Origin: Nemertoderma westbladi
Lineage: Eukaryota > Animalia > Xenacoelomorpha
DNA length: 64,000 nt
Direction: 5' to 3'
NCBI GenBank assembly: GCA_032718475.1
Contig: JAUCBJ010006023.1
Location: 1 to 64,000, forward strand
Within the stretch, counting starts at the first letter, position 1. The number at the start of each line of letters is the position of its first letter. Of this stretch, positions 15,101-30,100 are shown piece by piece. The translations under genes and the position numbers were made by a program. The notes under the pieces were generated by a model. That model was not told the DNA's origin. It made no database searches and was given only the letters and a program-made list of their open reading frames with translations.

Positions 15101-18100
15101 GATCAGTTTTAAAGTCAATTTTAGAATTGCCATCTTTTCTGGAGGGGAAGCCGGGAAGGTGGTGTCTTCGACATATCCAAGTAATATTATAAACCGTGGA
15201 TGCATCGTGGGGGCATCCGGGTGGCGTATTCCCAATCCTTACACCAGTAGGAACACATCCTGAATTGGGACAAAGTGTTCCGAACGCTGTAAGGAATGGA
15301 GAAAATGGGTGAAATCATGTAAGGATTATTATACCAACAGTATTAGAAGTGTAGGCTAGCAGCAGCAGGTAACATAGGCCTATAATAGAACATTGTTGTT
15401 ATGGTTTATACAGGGTTTCATGCATATGCTAAAACGATTGGAACATTGACTACTAATGTCTAGGGATACATTCCTTTTTTACACAGAGTTCAACTGTTAG
15501 ACTGTAGGTTTGCTCAGGAATAGGAATATGGACTACGTGGCTAGCCCCACGATTGAAACATTGGAACTAAGTTCGTATCCATTGGAACTAAATTCGTTTC
15601 CATTGGAACTAAGTTCGTATCCATTGGAACTAAATTCGCATGCATTGGAACTAAATTCGCATGCATTGGAACTAAGTTCGCATCAATTGGAACTAAGTTC
15701 GTTTTGATAATCTGGGATTGGAACTAAGTTCGCCTCGATTGGAACTAAGTTCGCTTTATAAAATTTATTTTGGAACTAAATTCGTTTCAATTTGGAACTA
15801 AGTTCTCCTTTGAAAATGTGCGATTGGAACTAAGTTCGTGCTACCAACTGCACTAGCGCGCCGACGAGGAGCTCTTACAACAGGAAGTAAACAGATGCCT
15901 GCTGGCCGACCTCATGGTACTTGATATGTCTCGACGCGCTAAAAAGCGTCGTAGAAACATAAAAGTAAATCGAATAAATGCTAACCATCAGTTGAAAAAT
16001 GTAAGAGTTTATTTCATTGGATCATTTATGTTAACATATTGTGAAATGCTTTTAAATATGAACATCAAATGAATAAATTTTAATATTAAATACTATCTTT
16101 TCCATCAGAAAAATCAAGGAGAATGCTCTGTAAAACGATTCCTTAGACAAACGTTATTTCCACTCTGAATATATGTCTTGTATATAGTTATTCGTATATA
16201 TTTATTTTTACTGTTACCTGACATTGTTTAATATGCAGATAATCCTTACATGATTTCACCCAATTTCACCACTCCTTACAGCGTTTGGAAACTTTCTACC
16301 TGGCAACTGAGTATAAAACCCTAACACTAGTTCGTCCTTTCTCTCCATTCCTTAAATTATTTCAACATTCAATCAAAACATAGCTCATTAACCAATCCCA
16401 TGCACCAATTCATGATGTGGTTCTGGTAGTCTAAGGATTGGGAATGCCCATCCGGGGATTTGAGAGGAAGCAATTCAATGTATGGGTACTATTAATGTAC
16501 ATAATGGGATTGATGAAGGAGGTCCGCTTCGCGAGTTTTTCGTCTTGCCATAAAAGATATGAAAGAATTACTGATATTTAATGGGGATGATAATTGCAAA
16601 AACTTATCTCTTGACGCCTTGTCTTCGAATAGAAAACGGTACTTTACGGTTGGAGCTACCCTTGCTGCATCTATTGTCCACCGCGGACCAATTCCATCAC
16701 AACAATTCATATCTCCTTTATTATATGATATGATAGAAAAGGATGATAATAAAGTTAAACCTGTTCTATCTGACATTGGGGGTTTTGATTTTGCATCATC
16801 GAATTGAAGCTGTAAGTTAAAATTCAATATTTATTTCAAATTAGACTTATTCAGTATAGTATTTTTAGGTTAAAATTTATATTTATGTCAATTATTTATA
16901 TAATATTAATTTTATTAGATAAGTGCATGTGAAACTGAGACCGAATTTCGTGAGGCAGTTTCGAACGCAGAATATTTCATAGGTTTAATTGGTGGATTTA
17001 ACCTTGCAATGAAATACCAAGATAATGATGACTTGGTTACATGTTTACTCAAATTCTTTGTTGTGGATCGCGTCTGCCTGCGGGCGGGCCTCTTGAACAG
17101 TACGGATCTACTCTTCTGGACATTATCACTCCTGCTATCAATCAATTTTCTTAATGAGTAATTACATTAAATGATGATTTTATTATCAATTTTATTTATT
17201 AATTAATTAGCAATTTTATTTTATTGTATTGTTGTCACTTCAACTTATCATCTATTGTACTATTTGGCTATAACGGTTCAACTTCAAACTCCAACCAAGA
17301 ACCAACTACAAACTTTATTATCTCACCCTGCAGCATAGAACTACAACACTCGGTAGGTAACTGGTGAACAGCGCGGCAGAATTCTGAATGACATGATTTT
17401 TCTGAGGTCATGCATGACATTTGACTGTGTCACCAGACTTTTGACTCTTTTACTGCAACTTGTGATATGCGGAGGCGAAATTTGGCATAATTATTAACTA
17501 CGAATTGAAAAATTGCGCAACTATTTAATAAAGTTATTAATCGTGGCCAGTCAATAACATTATAAAAATATACTATTATATAATAAAGTTAGTAATGCAG
17601 AAAGTAGTCAGTCCTTCACTCTCAGCTGGCATCCATCTATATCTAAAAGTTACTACCATTTCAATTATTGTGTAACCAATATAAGTGCAGCTAACATAAA
17701 TAGTTAGGTACTTACAAACTCCATTGGTAATAGGTGGCTCTTTGTTTTTGTATCCCAGAACTTCCAATGTATAAACGAATGACTTTTTATTTGTGCTGAA
17801 AATGAAACATTAATAGTCATGCATGCTATTATAATTGTTCCACATATAACAGTTCCACATTACTATGGAACTGCTATCCTGTTGCAAGAAACTCACTTAA
17901 TTTGAATATACAGTACATTACCTGACCTTATCGATAATAAATAGTTAAAAACTTACCCATCAAATAAATCCATTTCTGTATGCATATTGAAAAAGGAAAT
18001 ATTATCTTCAGTATATATCTTCAGTATATATCTTCAGTATATTATATTTAATATTATATTCAGTAAACATCATATACATATACAATGATTATATTATTAG

Positions 18101-21100
18101 ATAACATCCATCAAACAGCTTGATTTCTTTATGCAAATTTGAAAATGAACGTATTAATTATGAAAATTATATTGAGATCTCGATAATTTATTTCACTACA
18201 CATTTCATCACTTCACATATTTCCATACAATACAAACTATCAACCACTCTCCATACTAGCTACTACTACTAGGATCGGCATGCTGCATTGCATGTGCATT
18301 TTTAAGAATGCTGTGTGGCCTTGTCGACAAAATTGCGCCGCCACAACTCCCTATCACCCATGTCATTTGCTAGATCATCCGCATCTTCAAGGCCAGTGTC
18401 CTTTAAGATGCGTCTCAAGAAAGTCATGGGCTGTCCACCATGCTTATTCACTCCATGAGGCTGCACTCCATGAGGATTTTGCACTGGCTGGTCCTCATGG
18501 CGAAAGCAATGTCCTGCAAAGCGGAGGCGGCTTTGTTCTAGTGTCAAGCTTGGGGAAACCAATGAGACACCTCCAATGTTATATAGTGTCTGGTTGGAGA
18601 TGTGTGCATTGTACTTGACACAATGAACCCGGCGTAGGGTTCTTGTGAATGTGCCATCCAGAGATTTGGTGTCCTCAGCAGTTAGAGCCCAGCATGGACT
18701 CCCATAGAGTACTGGAACTACTGCTGCTCTAAATAAGACCGGACCTTAAGTTTCCGATTAATTCTCGGTGACTTCCAAATCCTGGAAAGCCTATTCAAGG
18801 CTGCCCATGCCTTTCCCTTACGAAGGTCTTCACCTGACTTCCGGATCCATGATCCCAGGTAACAGAAGTCGTCCACATGCTCAAGCATACCATCCTTTGA
18901 GCTTATGCTCATCTGATCAGAGATTTGCTGAGGACTTTCAAAGTTAACTGTCAACATTTTGGTCTTTCTGGAGCTATTAAAAAGACCAACACTAGAAGCA
19001 GCATGTTCTAATGAGCTGAGGAGCCGTTGGGCTCCCTCTAGTGATTCTGAGAGTATTCCTAAGTTATCAGCAAAGTTTAGATCAGTTAGGTAATTGGCAG
19101 GATTTCCTCGACTTCTGGAGCCAGTAGGTGGAGTTATCATCACCCCATCATCATTATGACCACTCTCCATGAGTGCTGTTCAGATTAAGACTACATGGAC
19201 ACTGCTGAAGAAGTAAACATGAGGTCATACCAGATCTACTTTTCAGGCAACATAAACAAGGAAAGCGTAGCCGCTGAGTGACCAGATATATGACATATAA
19301 AGGCCAACTTGAAAGAGATACTGGACTTGTGAGAAACTAAATTTCAACAACAATTTCAAAAAGGATCAGGAAACCTGGAATGATCTAATTTGCAATGTCG
19401 CAGCTCGCTCGACCTAGTAATAGTAGTAGTAATTTATTTTATGATATAATAGTTATCGTTGCAAATTTAATGTGAATTTGTAGCCATGTGATATAAAGGA
19501 AATATAACATCCTAGAACTACACCCTCCATATCAACTTTAAATATATTATTTATATATCAAAATGTTCCTGCTTACCACATTCCATTAGTAAACAATCTG
19601 TAGATTCCTCAAGTTCACCACAAGGTTGACCCCCAGGATCTGGTACTGTTGTGATTTCTCTTCCATAAACTTCTACTCCTTCGCCGCAAGGGACACTGCA
19701 ATGTGTCTTTAGAGCCCAATCCGACACAACACAGTCAACTAATGAGATATTAATGATAACGTTTCATTAAATATAATATTAATAAGATTTCTAAAATTAA
19801 TTAAAATTAATCGCAAATGCAAAATATTATAAATCATATTCATTAACTTTTTATATAAACCCATTGCTTTCTATTAGAAAATTTGTTTTTTTGATTAGAA
19901 TTATCCTCCTAACACCACTTTAACGAACATGTTTTCAGTTGTGGATAATGAAAGCAATGTATTATTTTCTGAAGGAAGTGAAGGATGTAAACTATATTAC
20001 TTTTCTGGTAGCCTGATTATATAGAACAATGTTCTAAAAACATAGATAAATACATATGTGATTGATCAGCACTATGCTAATTATGCATGTGCATTGCTGG
20101 CAGATGCACATAAACTAATCACCCCAATTACAAATTTAGTGTCCGCCCAGCACTGAGCAACCACGAAGTTAATTTATCTTCAGACAGGTGTTGGTTGCAC
20201 TTGAAATTGTACGAGGATGTGAAAAGACTGTGATCCTCCTGACAATAACAGTGACTGACTATTTAAAGTGGCAGGTTTGGTAGATGCAATAATTTTTTAA
20301 CAAAATTGCTTAGCACCCCATTGCCCAACACCGATATATGTTTGGAAACCATGAGTGAAAGTACCTTTGAAAACTATTGAATATCACAAAATTGAAAAGA
20401 GCATTGAAAAGACATTGAAAACAGCTTTGTGCATGGATTGTATCTCATTTCACAACTCTGAATCTGTGACCTGAATCTGAATCTGAGACTATTCTGAAAA
20501 TCTCTCTGTTAGATTAATCCGACCACAAAATGTTAATTTTAAAATCACTAATTTTATTTCAAATGACTACTTTCACTTATTGCAGTTGTTAGCTATAATA
20601 GTAATTAGAGCAATATTGATGATAGTGAAAAATGTTGATGCTTGGTCTAATCTAAAACCAAATTTGGAATCACCATTATTGTTGAATTATGAATGGGAGA
20701 ATCTTTTAGGCTCGTTAAGCCAAGGAATGCCTGTTCACCACCATGGTTGATCTTCAACAGTAAACCATTCCACTCTGTTTCCCAAATTGCCTTGGTTCCC
20801 ATTTATCACCCACTGAACGATGAAAGCCGGGGTTATTATTGTTAGGGATACAGTGTACCCTATTGTCGTGGTAGTTAGATCCTACCTACTGATCTCTTGG
20901 TTACCAGTATTCTTCCTGACTGTCTTCTGTCCGTCACCAGGATATAAGCCTATGTTACTGTGTTGCTGGTACTGTATACTGTACTGGTATATGCTGTATG
21001 GTGGTGGGAAAGTGTTCTGCCGAGTGTCTGTGTTTGTCTTCAACTAAAAATAAACGGGTTATACGACTTCCGTATTATTATAGACTCTTTATTCACGATC

Positions 21101-24100
21101 TCAATAAAAGTGTAAAAGTGCAGTTGAATCATTGCTACATAAAATCATTATGCTCTAATCAAATACCTCATTAACTTACTACATTCCCTTGGTAAACAAA
21201 CTCTGGAATCTTCAAGTTCACCACACGGTTGACCCCCAGGATCCGGTACAGTTGTGATTTCTCTTCCATAAATCTCCACACCTTCTCCACAAATGACACT
21301 GCATTGTGTCTTTAGAACCCATTCTGATACAACACAGTCAACTAATGGGACATTAAGAAGGGTATCAGTTCCATATAGCATTACATTTTTATAACATAAA
21401 TCTTTGTTACCATGGAAACATTGTAGAGTTCTAGAACAAAATAATAATATTATACACTATTCTAGAACAAAAATATAATAAAAAATATAATGTTCTAGAA
21501 CATATAGCTAGTTATTTTTCAAATTTAAAATTGTTAGTAATTTAAAAAATATTCAAAAAATTTTTGAGGTGCGAAAAGCAGATAAGTCAAATGAATTCAA
21601 TAGCGCTTTGTGTGAGGAGTGCATTAAACCACAAAGATAAATTCTCCGAAAAACTCACAGAATACATTACATCCAAAGTGATAATTTTTTGGCGCTGATT
21701 CCAAATATAGTAAAATATTTCGACTTTTCTGGGTGTTTGATGGTCTTTTTTGGTGTCAAATGTGGTACTGCACCAAAATTAAAAATTTTAAAATTTTGGA
21801 TTACAAAAGTTGGCATAACTCAAGAACAAAACAAAATGGACAAAAAAAATGGACAAAAAATCGAAAAACTGATTTCAGATTCGGCATCACTATAAAATTT
21901 TACATCGGAAAACACATTAAAAATAAATCTGCTGAAAAAAAAGAACCCCCCCTTCCCCCCCCCCCCCCTCCCTCCTTAAACCAATGAACACCATCGCCCG
22001 AATAACCAGATTTACAAAGACAATTAAAACCTCCATCAATATTTGTGCAGATTGCTTTTGTTAGACAGTTGTGGGTGCTTGATGTGCATTCGTTAACATC
22101 TGTGAAAGCATTGAAAACTTGTTAAATATTTTATTATAATAATTAATTCAATACACCCCCATGCCCAGCCCATGTGGGGTAGAATGGGAACCAGTACAAA
22201 TTACAGCTGATGAAATAAATATATAGATGAAATTATTAAAAAATGCATTTTTGCCAAATTTCATTATAATTTTTATCCTAATACATAAACAAATATTGTA
22301 GCTTGCAAATGAATTCTAACTAAAACCAATTATTGTTAGTCAATAGTCGTTAATACAGAATATAATAATGAAATAATAATATATTAATTAGATGCTATTA
22401 ATTTTTTTTTTTTTCAAAAGTGCGCCCCCATTCGGGGCAATCCAAATTTATTAATAAACATCTTTATGTTTCTCAGTTAACACTATCAGTAAAAGCAACA
22501 ATAAATAATTATTTAGTAAAAAGTTTATAAAATACTAGTTAATGGTGGGGCATTTGGGCAGTTCTGGGTGTTTGATGGTCTTTTTTGGTGTCAAATGTGG
22601 TACTGCACCAAAATTAAAAATTTTAAAATTTTGGATTACAAAAGTTGGCATAACTCAAGAACAAAACAAAATGGACAAAAAAAATGGACAAAAAATCGAA
22701 AAACTGATTTCAGATTCGGCATCACTATAAAATTTTACATCGGAAAACACATTAAAAATAAATCTGCTGAAAAAAAAGAACCCCCCCTCCCCCCCCCCTC
22801 CCTCCTTAAACCAATGAACACCATCGCCCGAATAACCAGATTTACAAAGACAATTAAAACCTCCATCAATATTTGTGCAGATTGCTTTTGTTAGACAGTT
22901 GTGGGTGCTTGATGTGCATTCGTTAACATCTGTGAAAGCATTGAAAACTTGTTAAATATTTTATTATAATAATTAATTCAATACACCCCCATGCCCAGCC
23001 CATGTGGGGTAGAATGGGAACCAGTACAAATTACAGCTGATGAAATAAATATATAGATGAAATTATTAAAAAATGCATTTTTGCCAAATTTCATTATAAT
23101 TTTTATCCTAATACATAAACAAATATTGTAGCTTGCAAATGAATTCTAACTAAAACCAATTATTGTTAGTCAATAGTCGTTAATACAGAATATAATAATG
23201 AAATAATAATATATTAATTAGATGCTATTAATTTTTTTTTTTTTCAAAAGTGCGCCCCCATTCGGGGCAATCCAAATTTATTAATAAACATCTTTATGTT
23301 TCTCAGTTAACACTATCAGTAAAAGCAACAATAAATAATTATTTAGTAAAAAGTTTATAAAATAATAGTTAATGGTGGGGCATTTGGGCAGTTCAAGATG
23401 TGATACCTGTATTCTGAGCTACCTTTACAGTACATGCAGACACAATCGGTGTGAAATGGTGTATGAGTCTGGCAGAGTTTGTGATGAAATCCGTGCGCCG
23501 TTAGTCTGGTGGCGATGTTTCGGTTTGTTTGATTGGCTCTTTTCCAGTAGTTAGAGGCGAATGCGGGTCCTAGATTGTAGTATTGCTCGTAAAATTTCAG
23601 TTCTTTATCAGCTCGTATTTGACGGTATTGTTCTAGGACTGTTGGGTTGAAGTAGGTTGGGTGTTTTTCGGCAATGTCTTCTGTAAATGTTTTGCAGATG
23701 GTTAATTTGTGAACGAGAGTTGACGATGAATTAGTTGGCAGTGAAAGTAAACGTTTAAGGAAAGTCGATTTGATTTTGTCAAATTCGATAAGGTTTGAGG
23801 GTTTAAGATGGCTAGCGATTTCAGAGAAGGCATAGGTTACATACCGGGATATATTTTAATGTTGAAAATTTTAATACCAGTTTCAATAGAGACCAAATTT
23901 AGATTCCGTCGACATCCAATTATTGTGTAGGCGTTTTGTTTCTTGTTTTCAATGTGTTGAGAGAAGCAGAGGGTTGGTTGTAGTGTTATTCCCAGGTAGT
24001 TGTACTTGTTTGGTGATTTCGACATTTTCGTTACGGTAGGTGAATATATCTGTATTGGCTAATCTCCCTCCTCGTCGGAATTTTATAATTTTAGTTTTAC

Positions 24101-27100
24101 TTAGGTTTAAATCCATATTATTGTGTTGGCACCATTCGTCTAGTAGAAATAAAGCATATTGTATGTGTTGTTTTTCGGTTGAATAAATAACTAAGTCATC
24201 AGCAAAGAATATAAAATATAATGTAGAGGCGATTTGCCTTAGAGCAGCAGCTAGATCAGTAATGAACATTAAGAATGCGGTTGGTGAGAAACAATCCCCC
24301 TGTTGTATACCCCGAAGTTGCGAAATAGGTGCTGAAAAACTAATGCCATCGGATATTTTGACAGTGTTTCCGAATATTGACTGAATTAACGCAAAAAGTT
24401 TTCCTTTTATATTAAATTTGAAGAAAATCTTATGAAGTAAAATGTTTCTATCAATCAGGTCAAAAGCTTTACGGAAGTCTATAAATAGTGCATAAACCGG
24501 TTTCGATTCATGACTGTAGATTGGAGTGAATAAAATCAATGAGTTTTCTGATTGCTTGAGTAGTAGATCGACCGGGGATAAATCCGTATTGTTCTAGAGG
24601 TAGCTGATCCATTATTTTCTTTATTACCCTTGAGTTTATTATCGACATCAGTACCTTCAACAGTACACAAATTAGCGCAATACCAGGGTAGTTTCCAGGA
24701 TCTGTTAATTCGCCCTTCCCTTTGTATAGAATTTTCAAAATGCTAGTTTTCCAGACAGGTGGAATTTCACCGAGATTTAAACATGTGTTGTAGAGAAGTG
24801 TAATAACTGTGACTAATAGTGGGAGTGAAAGTTTCAAATGTTCATAATATATTCCATCACAGCCGGATGCTTTACCACTCTTTGTTTTGTTGATTGCGTC
24901 TGTTACATCAGTGTCTTGAAATGGTTGCACCACTCTGGGGAATCTTTTGTACTGTCGATAGTAGCTTGGTTTGGAGGTTGTATGTTTGTATGATTTTGTT
25001 CGCCAATTAGAGAATGGAAATGGTCCTCTAAATTGTCTAGCTCGATGAGGGCTGTAGGAAAGTCAGTCTTTGTTCTCCATAGTGTCCATGGGGTTATCTC
25101 AGTTTGTTTTAAAGTTTCTATAAGAGTGTTTTCATCAAAATTTGTCTTTTTGGAATTCAGAAGTTGTTTGTATTCGGTTCGAGTAGCCCAATAATAATTG
25201 GAGTTGTCACCATTTTGTAGGAGTGTCATAACTTGTTGTTTCTTTATCCTGCATTCCTCGTCAAACCAAGGTTTATGGTGGTGGGAAGTGGTTTTTGGTG
25301 GTTTTTGCGAGGAAGTTGAAATAACATGTTGAATGTCGTCAGTTGCTGCGTCTAGCCTGTCAGAGAGAAGGTTGGACATGATATCGTGGTTCCTTAGTTC
25401 CTGTTCTAGAATATTTATGTTTAGCTTGCGGGATAGTTTTTCGACTGGCTTATTGGCGTTTACATTGGTACCATACATTGTATCAACTTGGATATCAACA
25501 CGTTGGTGTTTACGAATTGGGTTATGGTTGATTGAAGTGCGAGCTGTAATGTTAGACTGTGAACCACAGATCGATCGTACTCGAGCCCTGAGGCGATATA
25601 TATGTTTTCTCAGTTCGATTATTGTGGAGTATGAAGCCCAGACCCTGTAGATTACGTGTGAGATCTGCACCACAGTTCTCCTGAGAGTCTATACGGCAGT
25701 TGAAGTCACCTCCTATGTAAATCGGTGTGTCTGGATTGAGGATTGGTATACGTAAGGGCTTCGCTGATAATTAATAGTACATCCTCAACTTTATTCTCTG
25801 GGTTAAAGTAAAATACTAGAATTGATCCAGCCGTTGTGTTTAATACCATATAGTTTTCATTGGCGACAATTAATTTAGGTCTCAGTTCCGGTTTTGCCAA
25901 GATAATAAGCCCTCCATGAGGCCTTCCCCTTTGAGACCTGGTTGCGGGTTGCACAAATGCGTAAAAATCGGGAAAAGAAAGTGTATCACAGATACAGAGA
26001 TACAGATTGATGTTATTAATAAGATACTATTAATAAGATAATATTAAATTGAGTATAATTATTTATAAATAAATTTTCAATTAATGTCGACTACAATGGC
26101 AACACATTTCGTACAGTGAAATAATACTTACTTTTCTCTCGTGTAATATTTTGTTAATTAACACTTAATTACCTGTACACATATCTGTACCATCTCCAGA
26201 ATACCCAGACTTGCAGGAGCAACTAAATCCACCCTCGGTATTTGTGCAGTCGGCATTACTGTGGCAGTTGTGTGCGTTTTCGGTACATTCATCAACATCT
26301 ATTATATATGTTGCAGTCATTAAGGGTAATCAAGGAATTATATTTAATTCGATTATATTTATCAAGATACAGCAGTTGTACATAGGCCTAGTGCATAGAG
26401 CTACTGTATTTTAGTAAAGTGGTACCGGTACAGCAGTACCACATGTAGTAAACTCAATTTAAACGAATATTACTCAAATTAAAAATAGAATAGAAATGTT
26501 TATTTTTAGATTAGAAAATTATTAAAAATAGAATAGAAATGTTTATTTTTATAAATTATAGACAACGTCGTCCTGCTGCTGGTTGCCATGCCGGTTAAAC
26601 TCAGAATCGTAATCGATAAATCAAAGATGATGTCCCCCCACTGCTGGTTTCTGTGCCGGTTAAACTCGGAATCGTCGTGCCGGTTAAACTCTTAGGTCAC
26701 AAGTGATAAATTGTACCGGTAGATGATGCTGTTCCAAAAAATCGCAAAGGATAAACTGTAGGCGTCTGGATGGTTAAACTCGAAGTCCAGTGATCCTTAT
26801 TATTGCAGATTGACAGTCGCATACGCCTGTAGGCCTAACTGCCTACATAGGCAGGCATGGCAGATAGGTATACTGGTTGGTCAGCTGGTATATGATTATT
26901 CATCTTATTGCCTGTGATATTTCCTAATTTCCTAGCTTTTAAGGTTTTTAGCTTATTTCCTAGGAATTAATGTTAATCACTAATTTCGCTTAAAACCTGC
27001 AACATATACACCATTGGTAAACAACTATAAGATAACACTACTGATGTATAAGAAAAACAGTCGGCTGAAGCCTGAGACGACGCGACGGCTCCTCTTTCAA

Positions 27101-30100
27101 TAGCTGCTACACGAGCGTAGGGCTGGGCGCTACCCCTATCTCCTATCCCAAGATTTGCTCCCAGTTATTTAACTGGTACTCATTTTCTACAACCAATAGA
27201 TTGCAGGCCCAGTGCACAACCAATTAAGCTACCCCTGTACATTAATGATGATGTACACTGGTGATGATCATGATGATGATGTTATTATAAGTAATCACAA
27301 ATTAAAGAGCCATCATTATATACCACAATCGCTGATAATATACCGGTTATTAACATCTGTGATCTAGAATGTTTGCGCCTGGAGAGCTCGGAATGTAATC
27401 AATCAAGAGTGCAGTAGTGGACAGGCAATAACATATTGAGAGACAACGGTCTTTATCAACTAACTGGATTCTTATGTCCTGATGTTGTGATGCGGGGTTA
27501 GATTTAAATGAGGTTTAAAAATGTTTAGATCTTTAAGATAATGAATTTAAACAATGAATAATTAATATTTAATTCTTACCATCACACAATGTTACACCAT
27601 CGCCCGAATAACCAGATTTACAAGCGCAATTAAAACCTCCATCAATATTTGCACAGTCGGCGTTTGTTGGACAATTGGGGGTGCTTGATGTGCATTCGTT
27701 AACATCTGTGAAACATGTTATGAAACTATTGAAGATATATATTTGTTAAAAATAGTATTATAATGGACGGTATATACCAAAAATACCAAAATTTTGACAG
27801 TTAACTTTGAAAGCCCTCAGCAAGTCTCTGACCGGATGAGCATAAGCTCAAAGGATGGTATGCTTGAGCATGTGGACGACTTCTGTTACCTGGGATTATG
27901 GATACAGATGTCAGGTGAGGACTTTCGAATACGTAAGAGAAAGGCATGAGGAGCCTTGAATAGGCTTTCCAGGATTTGGAGGTCACATAGAATTAATCGG
28001 AAACTTAAGGTCCGATTATTTAGAGCAGCAGTAGTTCCAGTACTCCTCTATGAGACTCCATGCTGGGCTCTAAATGCTGAGGACACAAAATCTCTGGATG
28101 GCACATTCACAAGAATGCTACGCCGGGGTCACTTTGTCAAGTACAATGCACACCTCTCCAACCAGACACTATATACAATTGGAGGTGTCTCATTGGTTCC
28201 ACCAAGCTTGACACTAGAGCAAAGCCGCCTCCGCGTTGTACCCGTGAGGACCTGCCAGTGCATAATCTTGTGCTTTGGCAGTCTCATGGAGTGAATAAGC
28301 ATGGTGGACAGCCCATGACTTTCTTGAGCGCATCTTAAAGGACACTGGCCTTGAAGATGCGGATGATCTAGAAAATATCATGGGTGATAGGTAGTTGTGG
28401 CGGCTCAATATTGTCAACAAGCCGGCAAAGCATTCTTAAAAATGCAGCTGCAATGCAGCATGCCGATCCTAGTAGTGGTGGTAGTAATTAATAAATAGCA
28501 AAGTAATAATAATAAAAAGAGTTAAACATTCGCCTTTGTTTAGCTGGTAGACTCGGTCCAAGTCGTCGACTTAGTATTTTGGTCGCAGTTTAGAAGGTAG
28601 TATAATGGGGCTGGATCCCCGCAGAGCCAACAAACACAACTGTCTATGTTGGGCGTGTGGAACCACTCAGTGGTGCAGATTTTATGGTGGGAACCGCGGA
28701 CTGATACCCTTATTGCCACGTCTCTGCGAGATTGGTTGGGTTGAGTCCCTGAAGTGAGTTTAAATAATTTATGTATAGTGTTATTTTATCATATGTGTAT
28801 ATACTATGCTACATAACTTACCTTGGCAATTGAAGCCATTTCCCGTATAACCTGTCTGGCAATGGCATAAGAAACTTCCTATAGTATTGGTACAAACAGC
28901 ATTAGTATCGCATTGGGCACTACCTTCAGCACATTCATCAACATCTATAATATTTTACACATAATATTAAACATTACAAAAAAAGTGGAATTAAATATTT
29001 AATTTAATTTAGTTTAATTCGGTCTAGGCTGACAATAGTAAAAAAGTAAAAAACGAAGTCCATTAAAATCACAAACAATAATTCACACAACAGAAAATTA
29101 AAAAAATAAAACGTATTCGAGATCAGTTAATACAATGTCGAAGTAGCTGTGAATTCTTTCCAGTTTGGCGTCAAGTGTAGATTGTGGCAGGTTAAAAACG
29201 TTTCGAATGAAATTAACACTTAGCACTGAAATTAAATTGACTGAAATTAACACTAGCAATTATTGCCAAATTTTAAGGCAGACTTTTTTCTACATCCAGA
29301 GACATGTGTTCCTACATTTATTTATCAAGCATTAAAAATGACTGGTAATATTTAATAAGCGTAAATATTTAATTCCAGTTAACATGAACTCAGGAAGAGA
29401 AGAATATAGGCAATTCGAATTTTGTGCTCTTTTTTCGGAACCTAAATTGTTTTTATGGCATCGCTGTTGTGTCAGAATTGAAATAGGCAAAACTTCAGAT
29501 TCAGATGTTCCACTGTAATATACACTACACCGCAGTGCTCAATTTACAATGTAATATGCACTAAATAGTAAATACTGTCCAGCGTCAATACCACTAACTC
29601 ATTTTAATTAATATTAGGTTATGGTAGTAATAGCTCTTCCTGTCTGCTAGTAGGCATGCCTGATTAATGAACTAATCATGTCTGCGATTGGGTGGGTTGT
29701 CACCTTGAATGCCGGTAGTCAGTCAACTCATTGAGCTATCCCAGCTATTGAACAATCCCAGCTCTGAAATATTTTCGATTACATTTATTTGAAATACGTC
29801 TGCAATGACTTTATGACTTTATGACGCATTATGACTCTTGTTTTTGTTTTTAATGAAATCGGATGCTGACGACGCCGAATGTGCTCCGTTAATTGTCCTC
29901 TTTCAGAACTAGCCGATAACCAAAACCATAACCATGAATCCAGCTATCTAACTGAGATTCCGGAAGTTGCTACTTAGCCATTGTCCAACGCAAAACTCTC
30001 AAAATGCATGGTTGTTATTACTTGAACTATTAAACTATAAATAAGTTCTGGTTAACCGTCCACCTACCTGTGTATGTGTAAACCATTACTTCACAGACAT

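Larger units (their letters stand above)
21727..23394 (+). repeat. Near-perfect ~830-bp tandem duplication
   Basis: 21727-22564 matches 22562-23394 apart from a poly-C tract difference and one SNP; TTC microhomology at the junction. Confidence 0.95.

Noticed and set aside
17957-17975. ATG in the micro-exon as an independent start of the channel
   Set aside because: No hydrophobic signal peptide follows, and the exon has a good acceptor in phase with the TSP1 exon.
28545-28760. tRNA-like or SINE-like sequence (similar short dispersed pieces at about 20700-20850, 22150-22210 and 27060-27240)
   Set aside because: No cloverleaf or clear A/B boxes; may be old SINEs but cannot be supported from this window.
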